From Callorhinchus milii (taxonomy: Eukaryota), in assembly GCF_018977255.1 (NCBI RefSeq), contig NW_024704742.1:94118001-94182000 (forward strand): a stretch of DNA of 64,000 bases, written 5' to 3'. The notes under the pieces were generated by a model. That model was not told the origin of the DNA. It saw only the letters and a list, made by a program, of their open reading frames with translations, and did not search any database. The position numbers and the translations under genes are program-made. Positions 24,946 to 38,549 of this stretch are shown here, piece by piece. Numbering within the stretch: position 1 is the first letter of the stretch; each line of letters starts with the position of its first letter.

Positions 24946-27900
24946 TTTACTTTATAAGTATTTTTTGTTTTTTTTCAGCAATGATATACNTTTTTAAAAT
25001 CAGTCAATATTATGTTCACTTCTCTTGCAAGTACTGACCTCATAAAACTCTTTACTGTATGCAAGCCCTGCATTTTGTCATGTTACAGCAGCGTCAGGAG
25101 CAAGATTTCCATTATCATAGATTAATTCTAAATATGTAATCATAACCCAAGTTATATTTGGATGAGCTTCCTTAATTTCATATCTCAGCCATCAGCGTTC
25201 TCTTCTAGTTCTGAAATTGCTATTTATAGCATCAACGTGCATTGCCTAGTTAAATATAAAATATCTTGGAGCAATAATTCTCTGGTCAAACATTAATCCT
25301 TCCTTGTCACATTAGTTGCATTAAGAGCATTGTATTTAGATTATTTTTATAGTGTTCAGCAATAACTACATATATAGTGAAGATCAGGGGCCCGAAGGTG
25401 CAAAAACAATTGGAAAAGCCCAAGGACACACAATTTACAAATGCCATCATAATCTGATACCGACTTATGTTTGGGTTTACCAAGGGAGTATAATGTGTAT
25501 AACCATCCAACACAAACATTAAAAATTGAATGGCCACCAAGTACATCGCATGATGACAATCTCACTTGTGGCCATGCTGATCTGTTAACTTCTTGTACAG
25601 CCTGTTAGGTGTTATTTGATACCAAAAGATGTTTTAGCTGACACACTTACAGAATTATCTTAAATGGCACAGTTTTACTGTTCAACTAGATACAGTATTA
25701 ACACTTCCCATTCAATATTACAAACAAAAAGTATGCTCGATGTCTGTGTCCTTCACTCGGTCTTTGTTCAAAATGTACATTCAATACACTATGGGAAAGC
25801 AGGGAATAGCAAGGCAAGAAATCCAAACTATATTGCCACTTCCCATTTCCAGGTGAAGGAACTTTAAAACAGAACACCAGAACATGGGAGACAATGAATC
25901 GATCACAACTAGATATATTCTGAACACACAAATCTACTACAACAATAACTTGCATTTATATAGTGCCACTCACGCAGGGTAACATCCCAGAGGGCTTGAC
26001 AGTGGCGGAGCATGCCAGCCCACGGCATTCTGGATGTATTTCTCTTATACTTGCTCTTGAATTACTTCCTTCATAAGTTACATCAGTAATTTTTCTGCCA
26101 TAAATTTCTATCTGACAGACGTATAAAACTCCAAACAACATGGATTTGACCTTATTTCAAAGTTTGGAATCACAGTGGCTGCCTTCAAATCCTCAAGTAC
26201 TTCATCACCAGTGTTTCTAACACCACACCCTCTACTTCTACAAGCTGTGAGTTAGTATTCTTGGATGCATTTCATCTGGGCCTGGTGCCTTAGCTGCCTT
26301 CAGGTCCTCCAGCTGAATAACAACATAATTGCTGAACAATATTTTCTGCTCAAATATCAATGTGTCCTTTTACCACACGCCAATACTGAATTACCAAGAT
26401 CCTTTGTCATTTCCTGGTTCAGCACCCGAATGCACCAATGGGCTATGAATGAAGCATTAGGTTTATTCTATGGGTTTTAAGTGAATTTATCGGTAAAATA
26501 AGAAATAATGTTGTAAATTACCCAAGACTTCATCATGAAAGAACAACAAATAGGGCTGCAGCAGTAACAGTGTTGTACTCATATGCATCTGCTGCTATAT
26601 AAAAATTTTCTAATTTTGGCTGTTTCCACATTGAGGTTTCAGGGACTGGTCCACATTTACTATTGATATTAGTGTATGTAGGTGTACATGCTCAGCCCTG
26701 TGAGGTGAGAAGACCAGTGCGATATTTTCACACACACTGAATATATGTTAAACTTTTGCTGTTGTGAAATATCATTGAAAAAAGCAAGCCTCGGTCCCTC
26801 CTTTCCCAACTTTAAAGCCCACCTGATTACCTATTTTTCTGACTAGTTTAAATTCCCTTATACTACTTCCCTACCCCACCAGCTCAGGCTCCCACTCAGC
26901 TTTCTCAAGCACTTTTCTGACACTTTTTAATAATAATAATCCTTGCATTTGATATAGCGCCTTATCACATAGTTGAGACGTCCCGAAGCGCTTCACAGAA
27001 TATTCTGCAAAGTGAATTGACTGTGAATTGTGGGCAAAACTTCTGAGATCTTTCCAACATAAAAGGCATATAAGTGAATAAAAGATTGTTGCATCTGAAT
27101 TGAGAAAATCTGATTATGATCACAACAGAGTTCAATTCTGATCAAAAGCAATTTGTAAGCAGTTTTCTCCTTGCACGGCATCAATCAGACTGCATTCACC
27201 CTAAGGGTTGCAATGCATGAGTTTGTTCAGCCAAGCACTGTCAACAAGTTCACTTATTTGTGGCCAACACTTCCTACTTTAGATGTCATGTCAGATTGAT
27301 CTGGTCGTATCTGTGGAAAGATCTTACGAATCATCGACCCTCCAGCTTTTCATTGGCTGCAGGCAGCAAAGTGGATTGCGGGAGCTAAAAAGGTTAGCAA
27401 AAGCAATTAAAGTTATGAAGGCTTGGAATAGGTAGAAGATAGCAAAAAAAAAGTTAAAATGGAAAGATGAAGAGTAAACAGGGAAGAGAAAATAAAAGTA
27501 AAATTACTGATGACGGAATGAACACGGGTAATTTTTTTTGAAACATTTAAATATGACAATTTATATAAATATTTCTTAATTGTTAATTAATGCAACATCT
27601 TTCATGTGGAGAGGATGTCTCAAAGCATGTCACAGGATACACTATAATGTGTAGTGACTGTGCATTCAGTAGGTGAACACCTACAAATATTGCAGTAATG
27701 TTGTTGGAGTACCTAGATTTCTTGGTGAGGAGGTGGAGGGGTGGGAGGAAAGAAAAACAGATCAGTGTCGTTGGCCTGTTAAGGGATAAGTTTTCAAAGC
27801 AAATTCATTTAAAATTTGTTGATAGAATCTTTCTACATTTTGACTGCATAAATTATACAAAAAGCAGTTTTTTAACCATCATTTAGTAAGTTTATTTTCC

Positions 27901-28079
27901 AAGATTTCTTTTCTTTACTGAGAACCACTGAGCTTTTTTTGAGCTAAGTTGTAAGAAAAGCAGAAATTGTTGTAACAACAACTTGGATTTATATAGCACC
28001 CTCCATGCCGGATGGCATCTCAGAGCGCTTTATAGTAACGGATCTGGGGATGTAAATGGGATAGAACTGATTAAATAAA

Positions 28080-28385
28080 AATATAATCCTTACATTTGCT
28101 ACAGTGCCTTTCTAATCTGGAGGACGTCTCAAAGCGATTCACAGGAATTTACTGTGAAGTGTAGTGACTGTGTATTTGGACCCGCCAGCTAATTTCCACA
28201 GAGCAATGTGCTATAAACAGCCATGCAGTGAATGACCATTTTATCTCAGAGATTGTTGGCCAATCTTTTCAAATACTGCCATGGGATCTTTAACATCCAC
28301 CTAAACAGGCAAACAGGACCTCTGTTTAACATCTCATCTGAAGGTGGCACCTCCAACAAAGCATCATTCCCCAACATTGCATTTA
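28080..28385 (-). mobile_element. Deu-domain SINE
   Basis: tgccatgggatctttaacatccacctaaacaggc...tttaacatctcatctgaaggtggcacctcc, plus L2-type tail. Confidence 0.75.
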
Positions 28386-29250
28386 TTAAAAATGCAAACT
28401 ATTTCTTCATTATCCTGATCTGAGACAGAATGACAATTGGGGAGCTATAATTTTGCTTTAGCTAACTGGGTCAAGGTCAGCAAGTGTCCCATCGTCAAAT
28501 GCTCCCCCATAGATGCAGTGCCTGCTGAGTGAGTACAGGATTGGCCTTAGCAGCGATCCTCCTCCTGCTCTTCTACTCCCAGCTTATCAACACCTACTGT
28601 CAAGTCTATCACTATTACTAGATGATGCACTAGAGGGTGACTAGCTGTCACAGAACATCCCAATGGAAGTTCAATATAACTTCCATTCGTTATGATAAGG
28701 TTAAGGACTTTAAGGAAATTCACAGGGCACATTCCCACTCGATGGAAAACGTGTCACAAAATTTTATGTTAAAGAAGGAGAGGTTAGAAAAGCTTGTTTA
28801 CAAGAGCCAGGTGGGGATATGGAACTCTCTGCCACAAGCTTGCATTGATTATTTTATAAGGGAATTTGTTAAATGCTTGAAAAAGCAAAATAACAAAAAT
28901 GCCATCGCAGACTTGATGAACCAATGTTCGCATTTCTGCACTGTAACACTCTCGTTCTATAACACAATCAAATCACAAATAAACACTCTCGAGAATAGTG
29001 TAACTCTATTACTACAAAGAGGCAGAAATGCCATACAGTTGAGCAATTTTGTTGGGGAGCAAAATTGTGGAACTATTCAGATGAAAAGGTACTTTCAAAA
29101 AAGAGAATGAAAATCTTTCTTATCTAGCAAGGCCAAGCATGTAATTGCCTTTTATATTTTATATATTTGCTGAGCTAAAATAGATTTTTGATGGGATCAT
29201 TTAAAATGAGATAGTAGATAATGATCATCAGATACATCAGCACAAATTAC

Positions 29251-29341
29251 TTCAGTTCTGGTGGCATATTCTTTTAGCTGTCCAAATTGCTCTCCATCGA
29301 TTTCAAGGGCATTTAAAATTCTAAGAATAGAGTAATAATCT
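29251..29341 (-). CDS. Candidate internal exon of the left gene (DYYSILRILNALEIDGEQFGQLKEYATRTE)
   Basis: Strong acceptor ttttcccctttacag, donor GAA|gtaatt, open frame phase 2 to 0, compatible with 31954-32077. Confidence 0.55.
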
Positions 29342-29821
29342 CTGTAAAGGGGAAAACAAATCAAAATGATTTTCATTAGGTTTCTGTGGTGCCATAAATT
29401 CATCTAATTTTATTTTCCACTCTTGCATTAGAGATTTATGCAAAATCAATTTTAGCATCAAAATGATATAAGATACAGGACAACCCCCATTATAATGAGA
29501 TTGTCCAAGTCCAATATCTCAGACACAACTTAAAAAGGTGAAAGAAAAAATGGCCAACTCCAGGTTGTCAGATCGTCATTGACATCACTTCTTGCTGACT
29601 GTGCATGTGTGAGTGTCCAGAGGCTGAGAAAATGGAGGCCTAAGGAGAACAGATAGCTGGAAACCACAGACAGCAGAGATTGGCTGAGTGGCAATTATAC
29701 TTTAATGTGAATAAATTTAAAGCGATGAGATTGTGAAAGGATAGTAAACATTAGGAATATAATCTAGCGAACAGGATGGATGGATTGTTGAAACCATCAG
29801 AACATTATGGGGCAGGGGTAA

Positions 29822-30625
29822 ACAACAACAAGATTACATTTGTATAGCGCCTTTCACGTCGGGCAGATGTCCCAAGGCAATGGACAGTGTACAGCATTTC
29901 AGACCCGAGCTGGGGTCAGTGGGGGGGAGAAGGGAGGGGAGGGGAAGGGGAGTGACCAATGGCATGGTCGAAGAGGAGGGTTTTGATGTGGGACTTGAAG
30001 GAGGCTAAGGAGAGGGCGAGGCGAAGTGATTGGGGGTTGGAATTCCAGAGGTTGGGGGCAGAGTGGCTGAAGGCTTTCCCGCCAATGGTGGGGCAGGTGT
30101 GTCGGGGGACATGGAGCATGCTGGAGCCGGCTGAGCGGAGGGAGCGGGCGGGTTGGTAGGGGGTTAGGAGGTCACAGAGATAAGGTGGGGAGAGGCCATT
30201 GAGGGCTTTGTAGGTGAGGACCAGGATCTTGAACTGGATCCTCTGAAGGATATGGAGCCAATGGAGTCGGGCGAGAATGGGGGAGATGCGGTCACAGAGT
30301 TTGGTGTGGGAGAGGACACGGGCTGCAGAGTTCTGGATTATCTGCAGCCTGTGGAGGGAGGAGTTGAGAAGGCTGACAAGCAGGGCGTTTGCATAGTCGA
30401 GCCTGGAGGTGATGAAGGCATGAACAAGAGTTTCAGCGGCCTGACGGGTGAGGTAGTGGCGGAGTCGGACGATGTTACGGAGGTGAGGGAAGGCAGAGAG
30501 GGTTATGGCTTGGATGTGGGGAAGAAAAGACAGTTGGGCGTTGAACAAGACACCTAGGTTCCTGACTGGCTTGGTGAGTTGAAGTGTGCAACCATGAAGG
30601 TTGATGCGCCAGAGCCTGAAGAAAG
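29822..30625 (-). mobile_element. L2 3' fragment, same subfamily as 2694-3450
   Basis: 210-aa ORF 29916-30548 matches the L2 ORF2 C-terminus; (TTG)n tail. Confidence 0.95.
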
Positions 30626-30649
30626 TGAACAGTACAGGGACAGAGGAAT

Positions 30650-31210
30650 AGAGGATAAGTCACAGGAAATGTTAATAAACATTTATACAGAGCACTGGGC
30701 AAATTCTACCTGGAACACTGTGTACCATTCTGATCATTGGATATCTTGGATTCAGCAAAAAGCAACTAGAATGATAGGGTGGAATTGATCCCTGAGGTAC
30801 AATAGAGCCCGAAATGATCTTGCTGGAGAAGAGAGAGCTCCAGAGTGGTTTTACAGAGGTATAGTGGATCATGGAGAGGTTATATATAAACTGACCCTAG
30901 TAATATATTCAACATGGTCAAAAAACCTAGAACAGAGAGAATACCAACTCAAGCTTGGAGGAGGGATGGTAAATAGTCAGCTCAGATTGTGTTACTTTGC
31001 ACAGACAGTAGTGAATATGTGACATGGACAAACCAGAAAACAGATGATGGTATCAACAAATTCAAAAGGGAATTAGAAAGGTATGTGATGAAAAGACAAT
31101 GGATTCAGGACTATGAAATAACATTTCATATTGTCTATCTGTATGTCTATATCTAATCTATTTAGAGGCAGACAGACAGTCTTTTCTGGTCCCTGTACAT
31201 TTCCTACGTG
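30650..31210 (+). mobile_element. Old CR1 3' fragment
   Basis: IQQKATRMI and LEKRELQSG remnants; CR1-like 3' UTR. Confidence 0.55.
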
Positions 31211-31382
31211 GGAAATGGAAAATTTCAAACTAGTGCTGGGAAGGTTGTTCTTCTGAGGATAGTTCAAAGTAGAGGGAGCCTCACTATCCATCTGACAGTT
31301 TTACACCTGGCCTGAGAGTGTGCTCAACACTGATATACAACACTTCCTGTGGAAAACTGCAGTCCCCTAGCATAGACAACCT

Positions 31383-31683
31383 TTAATAATAATAATAATA
31401 CTTACATTTGATATAGCGCTTTTCACGTCGGGAGGACGTCCCAAAGCGCTTCACAGAACACACTGTAAAGTGAATTGACTGTATATTTGTGGGCGAACGC
31501 GGCAGCCAATTGCGCACAGCAATGTCCCACAGACAGTCGTAGATTGAAAATGACCAATTTATTATTGTTTTTGGTTTTGGAGGGATTATTATTAGGCTCT
31601 GTGTGGAGTAAGGAAACTTGCCCAAGGTTTCGCCCTCCGCCGGGAATTGAACTCGGGTCTCTCGCTTGCAAAGCGAGTGCTCA
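31383..31683 (-). mobile_element. tRNA(Ala)-headed SINE (short form), young, slightly 5'-truncated
   Basis: Near-identical reverse complement of 33960-34282; CpGs retained. Confidence 0.92.
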
Positions 31684-31953
31684 ATGAGGCAACCAAATAT
31701 TCATCAATGCTGTGAAAAAAAGGATTAAATTAGTGTGTTTATGATTCTATCTTTCTATATTTTCCAGTTTGCAGAATACATTGGTCATTCCTTTTCACTT
31801 TGCAGGCAGACGCAAAAACAAATATTTTAGCTAACAGTTGAGGTATGCAGGAAAGTCAAGACATCTACATCAGACAGTTGCGGGCTTTATCCATGTAGAC
31901 ACACTGAGCCTGATCCTGGCTCCAACAAACATCAATAATTCAGTCTAAATAAC

Positions 31954-32077
31954 CTAGCCCAGACTAGTAAGACAGTCTTATGATAATTGCTAAGATCCGT
32001 ACTTTCAAAGGTAAGCTGTAAATCCTGACGATACTTGTTTTGACTTGTATTTTCTATAGGCAAACTGTTTTTCTGTC
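31954..32077 (-). CDS. Candidate internal exon of the left gene (QKNSLPIENTSQNKYRQDLQLTFESTDLSNYHKTVLLVWA)
   Basis: Acceptor gcctttag, weak donor AG|gttatt, open frame phase 1 to 2 that joins in frame to 29341. Confidence 0.4.
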
Positions 32078-32774
32078 CTAAAGGCATTATGCATTTATTT
32101 CCTGACATTAAAGTTTTAATCACTATGTGCATCAGATAAGTAGCCCTGGAATCCTAAAATTGCATGTGTGTCAAAAAAATATGGTTTCTCCTTAGATTTA
32201 TATTTGAGTCCCTAATCTATAGAAGTACTATTTTGGTTAACAACAAATTACGTCATTTTTCGGTCAGTTCAGTTTTCAAAGTGATCTGCACAAACCAGCT
32301 GCCTTTTACAGTACGGTGTATAACATCAAGCAGAGAGTGCAGGCATGCTTTAAAGTAGTTAACAAGATTCATCATTAAAAAACAGGATCCAAAATAGCAG
32401 GATTATATCCACGCAAAAGGATGCATTGTTAAATTACTCCTTTTTTTCCATTTCAGACCTTGTGTTTTAGATTAAAGTGGCCTTATTCATCCAGCTGTAC
32501 AGGAGGGAACAGCTGCTGGCAGAACATTGTCTGTAATTATCAGAGTTTTTGAGTTCAAACATCAAACTTGTTCAGCATACAGCCAACTGTTCACTTTTCT
32601 GCAATTCAAGTCAAAATTTCTTCATTTGACAGCTGCTTGGTGGTAAGGAAGCAGGCATTTTCTTGGCAATAACCAAGCTTTTAAAACTCCAAGATACTTC
32701 TCCCAACATAACTTCAGTATGTTCAAAGAAGGAAATACTCTGTGCTGCCTGACAGATTATCTGAAATTCTGCAG

Positions 32775-33103
32775 CATTTTGGTTAGAGCACTCATCTCGC
32801 AAGCGAGAGGACCCAGGTTCAGTTCTAGTCGTGGGCAAGTTTCCTTACTCCACATGCCTCTGTTTACCTAGCAGTAAGTAAGAACCCGATTGTTTGTCGA
32901 TTGTTGGATCGCTTTCTGCGTGTAATAATCTCTCAAAAAAATTAAATTAAAAAATAATAATTTGGTCACTCAATCTGCAATTGGTTGCCACATTTCCCCC
33001 ACAAAATATACAGTTAATTCACTCTACAGTATATTCTGTGAAGTGTTTTGATGCACCTCAATAACATGATAAAGTGCTATATCAAATGCAAGAATTATTA
33101 TTA
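32775..33103 (+). mobile_element. tRNA-headed SINE, long CORE-like form
   Basis: ggttagagcactcatctcgcaagcgagag...ggttcagttc; gcctctgtttacctagcagtaag; (ATT)n tail. Confidence 0.85.
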
Positions 33104-33959
33104 TCTGGCATGTCACTGAAGGAGAGCAATATCACTTAGTTGAAAATAGCTAACATGAACATACATTTCTGATTAAATTTTTACAGAGTTAAACTTAAAC
33201 ATACAGTTTCTGTTTTGTATCAACACCTGTGAGAAAGATTTGTCAATCTTAACATGTTGATTAATAAAAAAAATTGTCAAAGATGCATTAACTATGTAAA
33301 TAGTTTATTAGACAGTTGACTATTTGTATTATAAAACTGATATTCACTCCATTATTTTTTGTAAATGTAAGGATTATACGTACTCTTCACATTGTATGTT
33401 TCATATTATGAGCGAACATTTAAGAATAATTATTATTTATAATAATAAAAATAAAAAATACATTAAATATTTGTTTCTGTTTAATTAGATAAATTGTTTG
33501 GAGTCCTACCATTCGGACTGCATTTAAAAAAACATACAGCAGCACACAGCCTTTGAACTGTATCTCTAAAATACCTCATTATAAAAGCAAAAGATTTTAA
33601 TGAGAACCATATATAAGCAAAGTCAACCTGTTCTTGATTATGAAATTGAATAACAATGTCCAATGCAATTTTCCTATGAATAGTGCCTGTGACAACACAC
33701 TTTTTTAAAAAAAACTCTTGTACTAACATTTTCAGAAATCTAATCAAATAGTGAAATTGCACATTTATCACTCCTACAAAACCTCTTAAATGGTGTCAAA
33801 TAACCCCCTAAAAAATTCACTTATTAAAATTGATTCACTCGATCCATTTATATAATATAGTCCATTTATGTAATAATATAGTTGTAAATCCTACAGCTAT
33901 AAATATCACAAAATACAAAGATACATAAAGTACTAATAATGCACACAATGTATTCAATG

Positions 33960-34282
33960 TGGAGTCCTGTAGCTCAGTGGTTAGAGCACTCGCTTTGCAA
34001 GTGAGAGACCTGAGTTCAATTCCAGGCAGAGGGCGAAACCTTGGGCAAGTTTCCTTACTCCACACAGAGCCTAATAATAATCCCTCCAAAACCAAAAACA
34101 ATAATAAATTGGTCATTTTCAATCTACGACTGTTTGTGGGACATTGCTGTGCGCAATTGGCTGCCGCGTTCGCACACAAATATACAGTCAATTCACTTTA
34201 CAGTGTGTTCTGTGAAGCGCTGTGGGACGTCCTCCCAACGTGAAAAGCGCTATATCAAATGCAAGGATTATTATTATTATTA
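33960..34282 (+). mobile_element. Full-length tRNA(Ala)-headed, L2-tailed SINE (short form)
   Basis: GGAGTCCTGTAGCTCAGTGGTTAGAGC (A box), anticodon arm CTCGC-TTTGCAA-GTGAG, B box GAGTTCAATTCC, tail shared with L2. Confidence 0.93.
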
Positions 34283-37200
34283 TAAAGATATTTTAGTGTT
34301 TTGGACTGCTCAATTGCAGTCACATATGAATCTCATAAAGGAGAAATTCAGCGTTATTTTCAGAAATGCAAATGCAACAATTCACATAACCTACTTTTGT
34401 GTGAATTTTATACACTACATCTATCCACACGTCATGTTTGTGTTACCGAGATGCGACTATTTTCCAACTGGGTTAAACAATGAAAACCATAAAGTATTTC
34501 AGGGTTGAGGGTGTGTGCGCTGGGTATGTTGCCAATTACAAAATTATTCCACTATTCAAAACGCAATGGCACAATTATCGGAAACATCTCGGGGTGCAGT
34601 GCAAGTGGTGAGCTGTAGTTATGCTGCCTATTTGCTCTTCCAGAAACGGGAAAACAAAGCTACCTGCATGCAACCTAACACACACTCCGACTGCCTGTCT
34701 TCGACTGGCTGCAAAATATGACACGTTAGAAAAGAGCCGATGGTACAGCCAATTCTCAAGTATCGTTAGAAATTTAAAGGTGGTGCATGAAACCGCCAGA
34801 CAACCACGAGACAACTTTTGTTTTTTAAACTTTGAAGTATAATACATTGGCAGCACATCAGCTGCTGCAGCTGCCAACATTACAGGATCACCTTTTCCAG
34901 GTGCTCTTGTTATCGACACCATTTGTGCAATACATCTAGCACAAAGTGTCCTGCATTTTGTATTCCATTGATTATATTATTTCAAGGTGTGGGTTGCTTG
35001 ACACTCGCCAGGTTCAGAGCCTATAATTTTCTTTTGAGAATTCCGAATAGATTTTTCCCATTAGTGCAACCGAATATGAGAAACTAAATTGCAGAGGAGC
35101 CTAGTCATGTAAGATGAGAAGGATCCTGACAAAATACGTTTCTGTTCAAAAATCCACCACAAACTCTTATTTTACTGGATCACCTCCAACAATGTAAAAA
35201 GAAACTCAAAACACAGACTATCAATTGATAATCATATCCATCAATTAAGCTTCTCATCTGTACTTTTAGTGAGTTAAACCATGCTAAGAAGATATATAAT
35301 CTAGTTATTTTTAAACTTCCTCTTCCACTTAAAGTTCACAGTGATAGCTCCCATTTCCCTTATTTCACCATCAAAAGGACTCCATTATCATCCAACAGGA
35401 GGTGGCTTGCTCCAGAAGTTAATAATTCTCTTCTTCCCACCCCTGCAACCCTTGATTCGACTATCTCTGTCAACACATTCTTCATATTGCTCTTTCATTA
35501 ACACTAAATCAATCCATTACCAAATAAACAAGAAAAATATCCTGAATGACAGTAAGTCGCTTAGGATGGCAGACAAAGCTTGGAGTTTAGAAAAGTATCA
35601 TGATACTTTGATTGGTTTCCAAATGAAACTTTGTTTTTTTATAAAACAAAATTGCCTATAGTTCTTTTATACATATAAAATATTCTGTTATTGACCTGTT
35701 TGACTACAATCTTAAGATCATACTTGCCATTATAATTAGTAAGCAACCATTCTACCACTTGACAATGTGGGACATAACATCTTAAAAAGGGCTGATTTGG
35801 ATCACGCGAGTTCATTCCATGCACAGAATAGAAAGCTTTGTGCGCCACATTCTCCGACAGCAAGTATGGATAAAATTTCATGACATTTGTGGGGAGAAAT
35901 TCCATCCAAGTGTATATTCACTATTTTCTTAGCATTTCAGAGGTTGCAGAATTTGGCAAATTGTTGAATTGGGTCTTTTCTTTTCAGACCATTGTTTAGT
36001 AAAAGAGAACTACAAAACCAAATAGCTTCAAAACTAAGACTGTATTTTTTAATTTTCCAAAATCTGGACACTCTAGAATGCTAAGAAAATAGAATAAACT
36101 AGATCCATGTGTGATTTCTATCCCCTGATTTTCTACATACTGTAATTTCAGTTGCATACATTTTTTAAAAAATGTATGATCAGATTTGCACACAAAAGTT
36201 GCAAAGCTACAAAAACATATAATATTGCATTTACATAATGCCTTTCACTTTGGGAGGATGTCCAAAGCACTCAACAGTACAGGCTGGACACTCAGTCTGG
36301 GCATGGGAGCCAAGGAGGGTGGGGAGGGGAAAGAAGACCAAAACTGCAGTTAAAAAGAGTTAGTTCTTGAGACTTACAGTAAGTGACAATGTATGCAGTT
36401 CAATTATAACCAAACACTCTGTAGTTGAGATATTAGTTGATCAAATTTCCCCAAGATCCAAGCTGTCGCTCACTGCAGTGATTTTGAATTTGCACCTTTC
36501 CAAAGGCATTCAGACGCCTTGCAAGATATGGTGGTCTTTTGTACTGTTCAAGCAAGAGATCATGTTTGCTGAAATGTGATAAGACTCGGACTCTACAGAG
36601 AGAGTGGAACAACTGGTGTCTCAACTTTGCAGGGAGGAATATAGATAATAGCCGAACCATGCAATACAGTTATTTCAACAGAAGTCATGTTGTGTACTTC
36701 GGCCAGTTCAACTTGAGAACTGAATGATTGAATCTCGATGAATCCACTCAGCCCTTCAACTCAGTATCATAAAATATTCTCCTTTTGGAGGGTTCCGGGT
36801 AAATATGTACATGGACATCAGTTGAAAAAAGATGAAAGCTTGGCTTACCATCGTTCCCCCCCACCCGCTTCCCTGAACCCCCGCCACCCCTCCAGTGTGG
36901 AATTTGATCATGTGTCTGCAATGCCATCACCAAGAGAAAGTGCGCAGTTTGAAACACACACACAGAGCGGGGAGATAATCCCTGGAAGCAATTCCCTTTT
37001 TGGGAAGAAACAAAGATAACTGGTAAAAAATTGGGATAATTCACAAAGTGACCACAAGTTTACTTTTCTCCAGTTTGTTTAAGTGGAAATCCTTATAAGG
37101 ATGTAACAGATTGCTCATATCAAAAAATACCACAGCCTGGTTACAGAAACGCCAGTGAGCAGAATGTGTTTAGCACATCAGCAGCGCTCTGGCTAACTTT

Positions 37201-38157
37201 TGGGAAAAATATGTGCTGCTCAGTGATGCGCAAGTGTAAAGCTCATGGACCATAAGTAACAATGCTCCCTTTAGAACCACAGACAGAAAACTGAAGAATT
37301 TTCTTCCCAAATTCCCATTATCTTACTCTGGTTTAATGATTGTTCTTTCAACTACAACTATTTGTTTCCTACCTGCTTTGCTCCTATCCTGTGGGATCGA
37401 TAACTATGCTGAAGTCTACTTTACTTTGTCAGCAAGTGCTGACTAGAAATCCCTACCCTCTCACGGCTTACATACTCATTAGAAATACCTGAGAGTAGCC
37501 CAATAATACCCTATTTGCACTGCTGGAAGCTATTTGAAATGGATTCCGGTAGCAAAACAGTGAGGAGCAGAAACAGCATTTATATTTCCTGCTCCAATAT
37601 TGCCATAGTCAAAAAGTGTGTGTGTCTGTGTATGTGGAGTGGGTGAGGGAACTTGAGGAGACCTTTGCTTATGCGTTCATTTGCTTATGCCTAGAACTCA
37701 ATTAAGCGTCAGTTTCCTGATATTATTACAATTATTACAGCACCAATAATATGACTGGATCCCCAACATTAAATTAAGGCAAACAAACGGCACAAGAACA
37801 TACAAAGGGCAATTTAGTGAAGACCAAAACCAATGTACATTGCTTGCATTTTGTACCACAGAGGTGCACAGCATTCTCCTGGCAATCTTCAGTGCGATTC
37901 GGTTCCAGAATTTTATTCCCGAATTCCCACTATCTTACTCTGGTTTAATGATTGTCCTTCCAACTGCAACTATTGTTGACCAAGAGCCTAATTCACACAG
38001 TGTTTTAGTATCAATTTGGCAAATTGCACAAATCAACTCAAACAGCAGAGTATAAACAGGGCAGAAGACATCAAAGACAGGAAAGGCAATAGTTACCATA
38101 TTCAGGAGGTAGAGTGAAGTTAAGTACATCACTTTCAGATAACTTTCACACACATAC

Positions 38158-38337
38158 CTCTCTGAAAGCCACTTCATCCTCAGGTTTCCGTTTTCTTTTC
38201 CTGCCGCCTTTTGTATCCCTTTGATTGATCTGCACCCATTTTGTGACCTGATGTTCAATAATAAGCGTCAAGTTACTGAAGCTGGCCGACAACAGGCAGC
38301 GATGCGCATAGACTTCATTTGCTTCATCAGAGCCCAT
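38158..38337 (-). CDS. Candidate first coding exon of an unidentified gene (MGSDEANEVYAHRCLLSASF...GGRKRKRKPEDEVAFRE)
   Basis: Acceptor tgttttccag (exon starts at 38348), ATG with +4 G, 60 open codons, strong donor GAG|gtatgt, NLS-like RKRKRK, next to a CpG-rich region. Confidence 0.6.
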
Positions 38338-38549
38338 TTGTTAACAAACTGGAAAACATGGGTTAATACGGGGACCGTCCAGAAAGCGGAAACGTTGTAA
38401 GCATTTCAGTTTGAATAAGCAATTATGTTCAGCGCCAATTCTTTATTATTTGGAACTCTCTCCCCCACTCCCTCCGCCTTGACCCCCTCCTTCCTTTTAT
38501 CCTTCCCCAAAAGATCTTCTTTTTAGATCAGGACTGAAGACCTTCCTCT

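Noticed and set aside
25078..25245. Exon with in-frame TGA (AMHVDAINSNFRTRRER*WLRYE...) as a selenoprotein or readthrough candidate
   Set aside because: No SECIS-like element recognisable downstream, no redox motif, and the exon itself is unverified
26030..26112. IEIYGRKITDVTYEG resembling the KNL1 RWD region
   Set aside because: Short similarity only; the surrounding exons do not match KNL1
33960..34035. tRNA-Ala gene
   Set aside because: Runs directly into a SINE body and L2 tail, is multi-copy, and has a poorly paired acceptor stem
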